NCBI GenBank assembly: GCA_963665095.1
Contig: OY762069.1
Coordinates: forward strand, 5,312,001 to 5,376,000
Length of the DNA stretch: 64,000 bases
Direction of reading: 5' to 3'
Source of the DNA: an uncultured Desulfobacter sp.
GTDB taxonomy: Bacteria; Desulfobacterota; Desulfobacteria; Desulfobacterales; Desulfobacteraceae
Part shown: piece after piece, positions 39,038-48,856 of the stretch
Position numbering within the stretch: position 1 is the first letter of the stretch
Layout: the number at the start of each line of letters is the position of its first letter
Notes under the pieces: model-generated
Databases searched by the model: none
Seen by the model: the letters and a program-made list of their open reading frames with translations, nothing else
Told to the model about the DNA's origin: nothing
Made by a program: the position numbers and the translations under genes

Positions 39038-41359
39038 ATGAGAGTTCCTACTATATCGCTTTACAGCAAGACGACCTATCAGCTTAACGGGCTGACCACC
39101 GACCTCAGTGACGCCAACGAGGTCATGGCCACACAGAAGCAGATCAATTCCATTTCTGATGATCCCATTGGCATGGCCCAGGTGTTAGGAATCCAGGAGA
39201 GCCTGGATTCCCTTGAACAGTACAGCACCAATATTGACATGGGCATTACCTGGCTGAACGGGGTGGAGGAATCCCTGGATTCAGTTCAGGAGCAGATCCT
39301 GGAGATGAAAACCCTGTGTCTGCAGCTGGCCAATGCCTCGGTGAGTGCATCGGAGCGCGCCGATGCTGTGGAGACCATTGAAGGTAAAATCGACCAGATT
39401 CTGAATCTGATGAATACCCAGGTTAACGGGTCATACATTTTCGGGGGTACGGATACCAATACCATCCCCTTTGCCTATGATGATCCGGATAACCCCACCA
39501 GTGTGATTTATCTGGGGAATTCTGAGGCCTTTACTATCACCAACAGTGAAACCTCTCAAGTTGAAGTGGGCCGGGACGGCAGCGAGGTGCTTACCGAGGA
39601 CCGGATCATTGTGGATTCCACCAACAACAAGATCTTTTTTGAGGAAGATCCCGGAGACGGTGAGAATGCCAAGGTGATTCTGGAGGCCACCATTCCTGAT
39701 GGGGACTACACCAAAGAAGAGCTGGCTGTGGTGGTGCAGAACGCCATGACCCGGATCTCCACGGATGAAGGATATGGGGTGACCTATATGGTGAGTTATG
39801 ATGCAGATGCGGATACCTTTTCCTTTATTAATGACGGGGCCTATGAGGGATATATGGGATTTACCCTGCTCTGGGAGTCCGGCGAAGATCCTCAGATCGG
39901 CAACATCACCACGGACGGGATTTTGCTTGAAGGGGTGGATATTGAACTGGTGGACGGGAATGCCCTGATCTATGAAACTCCTGAACCGGACGGGACAGCA
40001 CCGGTACGCCTGACCTGGGATGAAGACGATGGCGTCTGGAACGTGGTCAATGATCCGGGGTATAATCTGCCTCTTCAAATAGACGGTTCTGACTCTCATG
40101 TGGAACTGGATCTTACCGGAAACGGGGTGGCCGACATTGTGATCAACCTGGAGTCAGCGGCAGAGGATGGCGGATATATTGAGTTTGACATCACTGCGGC
40201 ATCCAACGAGCAGAGCATCGGGCCTGACATGGGATTTACTTCGGATGTGAGTTATACGCCGCCTCTTTCTGATTCTGCGGTTGTGCTTAAATCCTTTGAC
40301 AGCACAAATAATGTGATTGATTTCATAGAGGTAACAAGTTCTGGCACATCTTCTCAGCTCAGTGCGGCCATTCCTGCCGGAGACTATTCCAACATGGAAA
40401 CCCTGGCCGCCACCATTGAAACTGCCATGGAAAGGGCTTCGGCCAATGATGCGAACTATGAAGTGACCTATAGCTGGGATTCCGGAACCTTTACCATTGA
40501 GGAGGCAGGTACCACACTGACCGAGCTGCAGCTTTTATGGGGCACAGGCACCAATGCCGTCAACAGCGCGGCTTCTCAGTTGGGGTTTGACCCCATAGAC
40601 GATATCACTCCTGCTGCCACCGGCTATACCGGGGACAACCAGGTGGCACTTTTTACCATCACAGCAGACAGCAACGATAAAATAAATTTCAAGGAGATTC
40701 TTCCAGGCTTATCCGGTGAAGATGTATCGGAACTGACAGCCACGATTCCGGCCGGGACCTACTATGATACTCAAAGTTTTGCAAGGGCTGTGGAAGATGC
40801 CCTGGAAGATGCCTCTGCCGCAGACGGCAACAGGGTTGACTATGACGTCACATATGATTATAACAGTGGCACGTTCAGTATTGAAGAAGATGGTACTTTG
40901 GGCCGCAAGCTGGAGGATTTCCAGCTGTTGTGGAAAAGCGGTTCTGATGCAGGTGAAAGTGCCGCCCAGGTCTTAGGATTTTCCGAAACAGATGTCTCTG
41001 CAACCCCCATTGAAGGGGATACAGCCACCTGGGGGATTTTTGAAACCCTGTTTGATCTGAAAGAGTATCTGGCATCAGATGATGTGGATGGGATTCAGCG
41101 GACCCTGACCCGTCTTGACAACCATTATAACAGTATTACATCAACACTTGCAGATACCGGTATCAAGTACAACCGGCTGGAAGTCAGTCAGCAGGTAATT
41201 TTGGAAAGTACAAACAGTCTGACAGAAAGAAAATCAATGATTGAGGATGCGGATTATATTGAGGCAACCATGAATTTAACAGCCATCCAGACAGCATATG
41301 AGGCGTCATTGAATTCGACGGCTAAAATTATTAATGTCAGCCTGGTAGATTATTTATAG
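39038..41359 (+). CDS. flgL: Hook-filament junction protein FlgL, enlarged (773 aa)
   Basis: MRV..., SDDP, NGSYIFGG, IEDADY...AYEASL...SLVDYL. Confidence 0.94.
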   Translation: MRVPTISLYSKTTYQLNGLTTDLSDANEVMATQKQINSISDDPIGMAQVLGIQESLDSLEQYSTNIDMGITWLNGVEESLDSVQEQILEMKTLCLQLANASVSASERADAVETIEGKIDQILNLMNTQVNGSYIFGGTDTNTIPFAYDDPDNPTSVIYLGNSEAFTITNSETSQVEVGRDGSEVLTEDRIIVDSTNNKIFFEEDPGDGENAKVILEATIPDGDYTKEELAVVVQNAMTRISTDEGYGVTYMVSYDADADTFSFINDGAYEGYMGFTLLWESGEDPQIGNITTDGILLEGVDIELVDGNALIYETPEPDGTAPVRLTWDEDDGVWNVVNDPGYNLPLQIDGSDSHVELDLTGNGVADIVINLESAAEDGGYIEFDITAASNEQSIGPDMGFTSDVSYTPPLSDSAVVLKSFDSTNNVIDFIEVTSSGTSSQLSAAIPAGDYSNMETLAATIETAMERASANDANYEVTYSWDSGTFTIEEAGTTLTELQLLWGTGTNAVNSAASQLGFDPIDDITPAATGYTGDNQVALFTITADSNDKINFKEILPGLSGEDVSELTATIPAGTYYDTQSFARAVEDALEDASAADGNRVDYDVTYDYNSGTFSIEEDGTLGRKLEDFQLLWKSGSDAGESAAQVLGFSETDVSATPIEGDTATWGIFETLFDLKEYLASDDVDGIQRTLTRLDNHYNSITSTLADTGIKYNRLEVSQQVILESTNSLTERKSMIEDADYIEATMNLTAIQTAYEASLNSTAKIINVSLVDYL

Positions 41360-41363
41360 ACCT

Positions 41364-41618
41364 ATGCTTATTCTGACACGAAAAGTTGGTGAGAGTATCG
41401 TCATTGGCAATGATATTATCGTCAAGGTGGTTGAGACCGGCAAAAACAGTATCCGGATAGGAATTGATGCTCCGAGGGAGGTTTCTGTTCTGCGCCAGGA
41501 GGTATTTGACTCCATTCAAAAGGAGAATATCCTCTCCTCTCAAAGTGGTGATAAGCTTGATATTGCACAGGCAGCCAAACTGATCGGCAATAAGGATAAA
41601 GACAAGGAGTCTGAATAA
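41364..41618 (+). CDS. csrA: Carbon storage regulator CsrA
   Basis: MLILTRKVGESIVIG...RIGIDAPREVSVLRQE, with C-terminal extension containing the EN motif of FliW-regulated CsrAs. Confidence 0.96.
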   Translation: MLILTRKVGESIVIGNDIIVKVVETGKNSIRIGIDAPREVSVLRQEVFDSIQKENILSSQSGDKLDIAQAAKLIGNKDKDKESE

Positions 41619-41624
41619 AGCGTA

Positions 41625-42050
41625 ATGAAAATACAAACAAGACAATTCGGGGAAGTGAATATTGATGATGATAAAATTGTCAATATGCCGGACGGCATTC
41701 CCGGGTTCAGGGAGCAGAAAAGATATGTGGTTCTTGAAAAAAAAGAGACTGCCCCCTTTTATCTGTTTCAATGCGTGGATGACCCGAATCTGGCATTTGT
41801 CGTCATGGACCCGTTGCGGTTTTATCCGGAGTATACGCTGGATGTGAAAGATTTTGACAAGACTATCAAGTGGAAATTTGGAAGGGAAGAGCTGACCTGT
41901 TTTGTGATTGTCACCATCCCCCATGGCAGGCCCCAGGATATGACAGCCAATTTTATGGCACCGCTTGTGATTAATAATGAAAGGAAAGAAGGGATGCAGC
42001 TGATCCTTCAGGACAGCCCCTATTCACATCAGCAGCCGCTTCTGAAGTAG
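41625..42050 (+). CDS. fliW: Flagellar assembly factor FliW
   Basis: IQTRQFG, GIPGF, AFVVMDP, MTANFMAPLVIN. Confidence 0.95.
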   Translation: MKIQTRQFGEVNIDDDKIVNMPDGIPGFREQKRYVVLEKKETAPFYLFQCVDDPNLAFVVMDPLRFYPEYTLDVKDFDKTIKWKFGREELTCFVIVTIPHGRPQDMTANFMAPLVINNERKEGMQLILQDSPYSHQQPLLK

Positions 42051-42056
42051 ATTCAG

Positions 42057-42479
42057 TTAGACGTCCGCACTGAAAAGAAGGCCTGACAGGTCCTGCATTT
42101 TTTCGCGAAGTTCAAGGATTTCTTCCGCAGGGAACTGCTTTATAATTTCATCGGTCTCTTTATCCAGAATTTTTACTACAATATCTTCGGTCCCGTCATC
42201 AATAGTGAAATTCAGCCTTGTCTGAACGGTGTTGGCAAACTCTTCAAGGGCTTCTACCATCTCTTCGACATCTTTCCGGGTCAGCTGGACAGAATCCCCT
42301 GAATCTTTTTTACTCTGATCTGACGCCTGACGTTCAGTCAGGCTATTCGCCAGAGAGGTCGTCTTTTTTACCTCTGACAGGCTGGTAATTGTCGCACTCT
42401 GTACTTCAGGCGTCTCCTGGCTTTTGACTACAGTTTCCGGTCTGTCGGTATTAATTGCTGCATTTGCTGACACATTCAT
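42057..42479 (-). CDS. flaG: Flagellar protein FlaG
   Basis: LNFTID...VVKILDKETDEIIKQFPAEEIL...GLLF. Confidence 0.92.
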   Translation of the reverse strand: MNVSANAAINTDRPETVVKSQETPEVQSATITSLSEVKKTTSLANSLTERQASDQSKKDSGDSVQLTRKDVEEMVEALEEFANTVQTRLNFTIDDGTEDIVVKILDKETDEIIKQFPAEEILELREKMQDLSGLLFSADV

Positions 42480-42502
42480 GTGCTGCCTCCTTGTTGTGCC
42501 GC

Positions 42503-42904
42503 TTACCGGCTGATACTTAAGACTCTTGGCCTGTTCTTTGTCAGGCCGGCCGGTCTGTATCCCTGAAGGGCTTTTCTGCCATGCTTCAGATGGCTGATGC
42601 TTGCTTCCAGATGGCTTTTGTGTTTTTGTATCTCAACCCCAATGGTTTCGTCAACCCTTAGAATGATCCCAAGTCGTTTCTTCAGCTGGTTCAGGGTGTT
42701 GATATCCTCCGGGCCTCTGGATGACCCGGTGGTGGCAATAAAGTCATTGATGGCTGTTTTCAGCGCCTCTGATGCAGATCTGCGCTCCAAGGTCATCCGG
42801 GACATGTCAGGCAGCTGCTCTGACTTCAAAAGGGTCAGGTGTCTGTCCTGAAGTATTTCATAGTCGTTGCACTGCTTTGATATGTTTTCAACAAGTGCTT
42901 CCAT
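42503..42904 (-). CDS. Probable FliT-like chaperone
   Basis: Small helical protein after fliS ending KALQGY...; assignment mainly positional. Confidence 0.55.
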   Translation of the reverse strand: MEALVENISKQCNDYEILQDRHLTLLKSEQLPDMSRMTLERRSASEALKTAINDFIATTGSSRGPEDINTLNQLKKRLGIILRVDETIGVEIQKHKSHLEASISHLKHGRKALQGYRPAGLTKNRPRVLSISR

Positions 42905-42918
42905 GATTCATCCTTATG

Positions 42919-43404
42919 CTAAATGGCGATACTTGTTCTGTGTCCGTGTTTTTCATATCCGGAATATCCTGCCGGGGTTCCGGGTTTTTGCTGCATGGCC
43001 CCATTGCCAATATTTTTTGCGGTTTTCCCCGCACCCATGACACTGGTTTCCCAGATCCGTTTGAGTTCCATCAGATATCTGTTTGCCCGTTCCAGGGTCT
43101 CAATGTCATTGGTGATGGATACCTTGGCCAGTTCATGCATCATGGTGATGTATAGGTTTCTTAAAAAGATGATCTCTTCTGTCATGTTATCATTGTTAAG
43201 GGATGCATTAAGTTCTGAAATAATGGCAATGGCTTTGCCGGTATTTTCACCCCGAAGCTTCGGGTCTTTTCTTTTCACCCCTTCCTTGGCCATGTTGATT
43301 CTCTTGATGGCGCCTTCGTAAAGCATGAGGATCAGTTTCAGGGGATCAATTTCACTGCTTACCTGTACTTTTTGATAGGAATTGAGGGCATTGTTGTAAA
43401 CCAT
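42919..43404 (-). CDS. fliS: Flagellin chaperone FliS
   Basis: NSYQ...DPLKLILMLYEGAI...KAIAIISELNASL...LRNLY. Confidence 0.95.
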   Translation of the reverse strand: MVYNNALNSYQKVQVSSEIDPLKLILMLYEGAIKRINMAKEGVKRKDPKLRGENTGKAIAIISELNASLNNDNMTEEIIFLRNLYITMMHELAKVSITNDIETLERANRYLMELKRIWETSVMGAGKTAKNIGNGAMQQKPGTPAGYSGYEKHGHRTSIAI

Positions 43405-43434
43405 TAACTTAACGCTCCTTTTTGCTGCAACCGT

Positions 43435-45477
43435 CTAATCATCATCATTGTCGGTTGCACTGAAAATTTGTGATACATAGGACTGCATGGATTCCATTTC
43501 TGCCATATAGGAGTCCATTTCAATATACTGCAGGGTTAATGTTTCGTATTTTTTATCCAGCCGTTCGGTTTCGTTTTCAATGTCTTCTTCCAGGTTGTCA
43601 ATCTGAACATCAATGGCACCGGTCTCACTTTCAATGTGTCCGCCAAGCTTGGTCAGCTCCAGAAGATGGTCATTGAGAAGATCCCCAAGGCCTTCGTTGT
43701 CATCATCTCCGATAAAAAGGGCCTGGACATCTTCAAAGTTGCTTTCCAGCATGTCATCCAGGGTTTCTTCATCAATGCTGACGGTGCCATCGCTGCCAAT
43801 TTCAAACCCCAGATCATAAATGGTGGATGAGCCGACTTTTGTTTGAAAGACATTGAGCAGCCCGCTCATCATGGTGTCCACAGAGGTGTATTTAGCCAGG
43901 GATCCCCAGGTCTCTTCGTCTTCATCATAATCATCATTCTCGTCAATTTCCGCGACAAGATCGTTGAATAAAGAGACCAGTGTGGTGATATTTTCCTTGA
44001 TATCCTCAGTGTCCTGGGCAACAGAAATGGTGGTGCTGCCTGTTTCTGAAATGGAGAGGCTCATGCCTGAAATTACGTCACTGATGCTGGCGTTACTCTG
44101 GCGCTGGTATTCAATGCCATCTACTTTGATAATCGCGTTGAGGGTTGATTCTGCCGGAGTGATTGTCGCATCGCTGGTGAATCCAAGATCCGCTGCCGCT
44201 GTGGAACCTGCATCACTCCAGTTGAAGGTGACACTTGCCAGATCTCCAGCTTCCGAAATCTCCAGTTTCCCTGAGCTCTCATTCCATGATACCTGGTAGT
44301 CGGCCCGGTTTCCACTCGCTTCAGATGCGGCTTCAAGAGCCTCTTCAACGGCAGCAGCCAGGTCTTCACCATTGTTGTACACGCCGTCCTCAATTACAGC
44401 GGTCAGCGTAGTGACAGTGCCATCTTCAGATTCTTCCTGGAAAACGATGTCGGTATCTGCATCTGCCTGGCGGATAACAATGGGGGTATCAAATGAGATG
44501 CTGTCCTCCGATGTCATGATAAATCCGGCGCCGCTCTCCTCTGTCATGGCAAGATTGGAAAGCTGGGAAGTAATGGATATCCGGTTGTCTTCACCGGTGG
44601 CATCGGCTTTGAGTACCAGTTGATAGGGTTCGTCTCCGTAACCGGTATCAATGATGGATGCGGTCACCCCGGGATTGTCTGAGGCGTCATTGATCAGTTC
44701 GGCTAAATTTTCGAGACTGGTGTCAGCACCCACACTGATGGAGACTTCCGTATCTCCAAGCATGTATGAAAAAGTGGTGTCTTCAGCCGAAAAATCCATA
44801 CCATCGGGTTCGTTGGTAATCATGACCCGGTCGTCTTCGCCGGAGCCGCCGGCAGTGGAGGCAATTGTTATGTGGTAAAGACCGTCATCGTCTGTGTTAA
44901 CCGTGGCTTCAATGCTGACACCATCCGCTGTGGCAGCCGTATTGATCGCAGATTCAAGGTCCGTTATGGTATACCCGCCGGTGCCGCCGGTGATGGTGAT
45001 GGTCTGCCGGCTATCGCCATACCCGTAGGCGATGGTCATCTCCTCGTCTTCGGCAAGGACAATGTCGGTGGCTTCAACGCCGTCTTCGGATGTCTGACTT
45101 GTGGGGACATATACGGTGTTGGTTTTGGCAGCAACACCGTCAGAGATAAAGGAACTCTGGGTGGCAAGTTGCTCCACTTCCACGGTATAGGATCCTAATT
45201 CGGCACCATCTGAGGAGGAGACACTGAGGATTTCGGAGGAGACAGATACGGAACGCGCCATGAAATTTGAGCTTAACGACAGGGCAGAGGCATTGGTTTT
45301 CATATCAAGCAGCAGGGCATTGAGTACATTGAACTCATCCTGGGTTGCCTGAAGATCAGTGATTTTCTCTTCTTTGGTTGTGATGGTGGCTTGGTCGGCT
45401 TCCCGCAAGCTGTCCAGAATATCCTGGACATCAAGGCTGGAGCCGAGCCCCAGTGAAGTTATTGTGCCTGTAGCCAT
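43435..45477 (-). CDS. fliD: Filament cap protein FliD
   Basis: ITSLGLGSSLDV, VEVEQLA, GVTASII, RQSNASISDVISG, C-terminal coiled coil. Confidence 0.94.
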   Translation of the reverse strand: MATGTITSLGLGSSLDVQDILDSLREADQATITTKEEKITDLQATQDEFNVLNALLLDMKTNASALSLSSNFMARSVSVSSEILSVSSSDGAELGSYTVEVEQLATQSSFISDGVAAKTNTVYVPTSQTSEDGVEATDIVLAEDEEMTIAYGYGDSRQTITITGGTGGYTITDLESAINTAATADGVSIEATVNTDDDGLYHITIASTAGGSGEDDRVMITNEPDGMDFSAEDTTFSYMLGDTEVSISVGADTSLENLAELINDASDNPGVTASIIDTGYGDEPYQLVLKADATGEDNRISITSQLSNLAMTEESGAGFIMTSEDSISFDTPIVIRQADADTDIVFQEESEDGTVTTLTAVIEDGVYNNGEDLAAAVEEALEAASEASGNRADYQVSWNESSGKLEISEAGDLASVTFNWSDAGSTAAADLGFTSDATITPAESTLNAIIKVDGIEYQRQSNASISDVISGMSLSISETGSTTISVAQDTEDIKENITTLVSLFNDLVAEIDENDDYDEDEETWGSLAKYTSVDTMMSGLLNVFQTKVGSSTIYDLGFEIGSDGTVSIDEETLDDMLESNFEDVQALFIGDDDNEGLGDLLNDHLLELTKLGGHIESETGAIDVQIDNLEEDIENETERLDKKYETLTLQYIEMDSYMAEMESMQSYVSQIFSATDNDDD

Positions 45478-45512
45478 TTTAATTCTCCGTATTCATAAAA
45501 TCTTATAATTAA

Positions 45513-45539
45513 TTATCGGTAAAATTCGGTAATACTTTA
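45513..45539 (-). promoter_or_regulatory. sigma28 promoter of fliD-fliS-fliT-flaG
   Basis: Minus strand reads TAAA-N15-ACCGATAA. Confidence 0.85.
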
Positions 45540-45554
45540 TATAAATCCAAAAAT

Positions 45555-45605
45555 AAAACGCTTCCAAAGCGGTGCCGGTGCATCCCCACTTCAGAAGCGT
45601 TTTTA
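45555..45605 (-). terminator. Probable terminator hairpin after the 951-aa flagellin
   Basis: AAAACGCTTC...GAAGCGTTTT inverted repeat with a long imperfect interior. Confidence 0.45.
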
Positions 45606-45638
45606 ATGCCTGCCTTTTTTAAGAGCCTGTCATACAGG

Positions 45639-48494
45639 TTATTGCAGCAGCTGCATGATATTTTCCGCTGACGCGTTGGCCTGGGCCAGGGCATAGGACC
45701 CTGTCTGGGCCAGCAGTGACAGGTTGGAAAAGGTCATGGATTCCTCTGCAAAGTCAATATCCCGGATGGTGGATTCCGATGCCAGAATATTGGTCTTGGT
45801 CACTGACAGGTTGGCAATGGTGGATGACAGCTGATTCTGGACAGAACCAAGATCAGCCCGGGTTTCGTCCAGGGCGGAAAGCGCGGCCTCCGCAATGCTG
45901 ATGGCCCGCTGGGCACCTTCCGAATCCAGGACGCTGATATCGGCCAGGGTATATGACTCCACGTCACTTAAGCCCACAGTGCCGGCATTGGCTGTGTTAA
46001 CGCCGAGGATAGATCCTGTGGCAATGGTGCTGCCCTCTTCGATCATCATATCCTCTGACAGGGTTGTATTGGCATCTACATACAGATCCGATGTCAGAAC
46101 ATCTCCTGCCTTGACTTCGACCTCAGTGGTAGAACCACCGCCGGTAGCGGTGTTGAGTACCATATCCTGGGAAATGACAGTGCCGGCTTTTAAAAGTGTG
46201 TCAGCCGCCAGGATACTGCCTGCTGTAACGGTCATGTCGCTGTCCAGAAGTTCCTGCCCTGCCAGGGTGATGGACCCTCCAATGGTTGACCCTTCGGCAA
46301 TGACGCTGCCGCTTTCAAGGGTGGATCCGGCTTCCAGTTGTGTCAGTTTGTAGGTTTGCAGGTCTGTTGCTGTGGAGTTAAGCTCCCCTCCCATTACATA
46401 GGTGCTATCTCCGAGGGTGGACCCTGCAATCAGCTTGGATCCGGCCGCCAGTTCCGACCCGGATTCTAGGGTCATATCGGTGGCCATTGTGGCGGTTGTC
46501 AGGGTGACGGTGACGGCGGCCCCGGGAATTGCTAAGGTGCCATTTGTATCAGTTCCTGCCGTAAGAATGGAGCCTGAGGCAATTGTAGAGGCAGCCGCGG
46601 GTGTGAAGTCCTCTGATAAAACCTGATCCTGGCTCAGGGTGTACGCCGCATTGGCTGTAACTGTGTCCCCGTCAACAATGACACCGGCCGTGGTGACCAG
46701 GGTCGGTCCGCTGTAGGTGGTACTTGCAGATAAAACCAGTGCTGTGCCGTCTGCCAGCTTGCTGCCGGCGGTGATTACGCCGGTGAGCCCGGTATGATTC
46801 AGGTTCAGCAAAATATTGCTTGCTGTCGGGTCTGTTGTTGTTGAGGCGCCTTCTGCGGAGTTATAGGTTGCACCGATTTCAAATGTTGCACCAAGCTGGG
46901 AGCCGTTGGTCAATACAGACCCAGCTTTGATTTTTGTATTGTCCGTGTCTGTGGAATTATACGCCACGGTCATGTCGTTGGCCAGGGTGACATCCCGGCT
47001 CAAAGTCACTGCAGAGGCCAGGGTATCGCCCACATTGTATGTCACGGTCGAACCGCTGGCAGTTGTGGTGAACGCGGTGGTAATAATGGTTCCCTTACCC
47101 AGAATGGTATTTCTTTCCAGGGTTGACCCGGCGGCTATCAGCATATCCTGCTCCAGGGCGTTCATCCCGTCCGTGGTATTATCTACAATATCGCCGGCAA
47201 CGGTGATGGAACCGCCAATCACTGACCCTTTGGCAATTTCTGTGGTGGGGTAGAGGGTTGACCCTGCCATGATTTCGTAGTCAAGCTGGGTGGAATCCAC
47301 CGTGGATTCCACAATAGCGTCCCCGCCCACAATGGTGCCTGCGGAGAGCGCAGAACCCACGGAGATGGTGGAGCCTGCGGCCAGGATGGAGTCTTCCACC
47401 GTTGTCATGTCGGCATCTATATCAATATCTCCGCCCACGGCCCCAGCGCCGATACCGCTGATCTGGAACTGGCTGACCCCGTTCTGGGTCAGTTCCAGGT
47501 ATCCGATGGTGGACATCTGGCCGGCCGTGCTGCCGAAAACACCTGAAATGCCGCCTTCCACCTCAATGGCCCGGCCGTCGGTTGAGTTCAGGGTCAGGGT
47601 GCCGTTGGAATTGATGTATGCTTCGATGCCGGTCTCTGAGGATTTGTCGTTGATGGCTGTTACGAGCGCACCGTTGGAGTCATTGTCATCGACCTGGATG
47701 TCACCGATGGCCACCCCGTTGATGGCAAAATTGTCCCCGGTGGAGCCTTCCTGAATGGCTGTGGTGGTCGTGCTTCTGACGATGGCATTGGCAGATATTC
47801 CGGTAACGGAGGTGTATTTGTTAATCTCGTCTTCAAGCGCCCCCATACCGTTATCCCGGTCATTATTAAATTGAATGTCTATGGTGCTCAGTTCGAGTTT
47901 TTCCCCGGTGATGGAGGATGTGATGGTGAGTTGTACCTCTCCGCCGCTGTCACTGGCCAGGGTCAGGTCGGCCTGGGAAATATGGCCGATGGAGTTGGCT
48001 TCGGTGGAGCCGATGGATATCTGTGCGGTTTCATTGGCAAAGGCACCGACCTGGATCACTTTGTCGGTGAAGACGCCGGAGAGAAGTTTTTGCCCGTTGT
48101 AGGATGTGGTCTTGGCAATGGCGTCCAGCTCTTCAAGCAGTTTATCAATGTCATTCTGGATGGCCCGCCGGGTGTCTGTAGTCTGCCCGTCAGATGCCGC
48201 CTGGATGGCTTTGGTTTTAATGGTGTTGACAATGTTGATTGATTCCTGGAGTGCCCCGTCGGCTGTCTGCACCATGGAGATGCCGTCATTGGCGTTTCTG
48301 ACAGCCTGGCCGATGCCGAGATACTGTGCCTGGAGCGAGTCGGCAATGGCCATGCCTGATGAATCGTCTGCGGCTTTGTTGATCCGCAGTCCCGTTGAGA
48401 GCCGCTCAAGGGATTCGCTCAAAGAGGTATCATTGGATACCATGCTGCGATGGGCATTGAGTGCGGCAATGTTGGTGTTAATTTTTAGTGTCAT
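45639..48494 (-). CDS. fliC: Flagellin, 951 aa (sigma54-driven, FlaB-like)
   Basis: INTNIAALNA, RLSTGLRINKAADD, RADLGSVQNQL, IRDIDFAEE, LAQAN. Confidence 0.96.
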   Translation of the reverse strand: MTLKINTNIAALNAHRSMVSNDTSLSESLERLSTGLRINKAADDSSGMAIADSLQAQYLGIGQAVRNANDGISMVQTADGALQESINIVNTIKTKAIQAASDGQTTDTRRAIQNDIDKLLEELDAIAKTTSYNGQKLLSGVFTDKVIQVGAFANETAQISIGSTEANSIGHISQADLTLASDSGGEVQLTITSSITGEKLELSTIDIQFNNDRDNGMGALEDEINKYTSVTGISANAIVRSTTTTAIQEGSTGDNFAINGVAIGDIQVDDNDSNGALVTAINDKSSETGIEAYINSNGTLTLNSTDGRAIEVEGGISGVFGSTAGQMSTIGYLELTQNGVSQFQISGIGAGAVGGDIDIDADMTTVEDSILAAGSTISVGSALSAGTIVGGDAIVESTVDSTQLDYEIMAGSTLYPTTEIAKGSVIGGSITVAGDIVDNTTDGMNALEQDMLIAAGSTLERNTILGKGTIITTAFTTTASGSTVTYNVGDTLASAVTLSRDVTLANDMTVAYNSTDTDNTKIKAGSVLTNGSQLGATFEIGATYNSAEGASTTTDPTASNILLNLNHTGLTGVITAGSKLADGTALVLSASTTYSGPTLVTTAGVIVDGDTVTANAAYTLSQDQVLSEDFTPAAASTIASGSILTAGTDTNGTLAIPGAAVTVTLTTATMATDMTLESGSELAAGSKLIAGSTLGDSTYVMGGELNSTATDLQTYKLTQLEAGSTLESGSVIAEGSTIGGSITLAGQELLDSDMTVTAGSILAADTLLKAGTVISQDMVLNTATGGGSTTEVEVKAGDVLTSDLYVDANTTLSEDMMIEEGSTIATGSILGVNTANAGTVGLSDVESYTLADISVLDSEGAQRAISIAEAALSALDETRADLGSVQNQLSSTIANLSVTKTNILASESTIRDIDFAEESMTFSNLSLLAQTGSYALAQANASAENIMQLLQ

Positions 48495-48592
48495 GGTCTA
48501 AGTTCCTCCCTGATGGTGTTTATCCATTGTGCAATGACGACGGGTTTAAAACCGCTGAAATTTAAAATTACATTTTTTTATAAATGAAAGTT

Positions 48593-48608
48593 GGCAAAAC
48601 CTGTGCCA
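48593..48608 (-). promoter_or_regulatory. sigma54 promoter of the 951-aa flagellin
   Basis: Minus strand reads TGGCACAGGTTTTGCC (GG-N10-GC). Confidence 0.82.
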
Positions 48609-48798
48609 AAGAGGAACGGCGAGATATAATATCTTTAAATCTCAGAAGGTTAGTTGTTTTTTTGGCGGGAATTTTAAAAGGGGGCGTGTTGAAAAAACAG
48701 CATCTTTTTCCGGGTATCTATTTGAATACAGGCAATATTTTCCTAAATGAGTTTTGGGTAGGAGCTTTCAGGAGAGGTGTATTTCTGGAACCAAACGT

Positions 48799-48830
48799 AA
48801 AAACCCCGGCAGGAGAAACTCCTGCCGGGG
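48799..48830 (-). terminator. Intrinsic terminator after the 793-aa flagellin
   Basis: CCCCGGCAGGAG-ttt-CTCCTGCCGGGG-TTTTT on the minus strand. Confidence 0.92.
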
Positions 48831-48856
48831 AAACAAGTTGCTTGTTATTATAAGGG

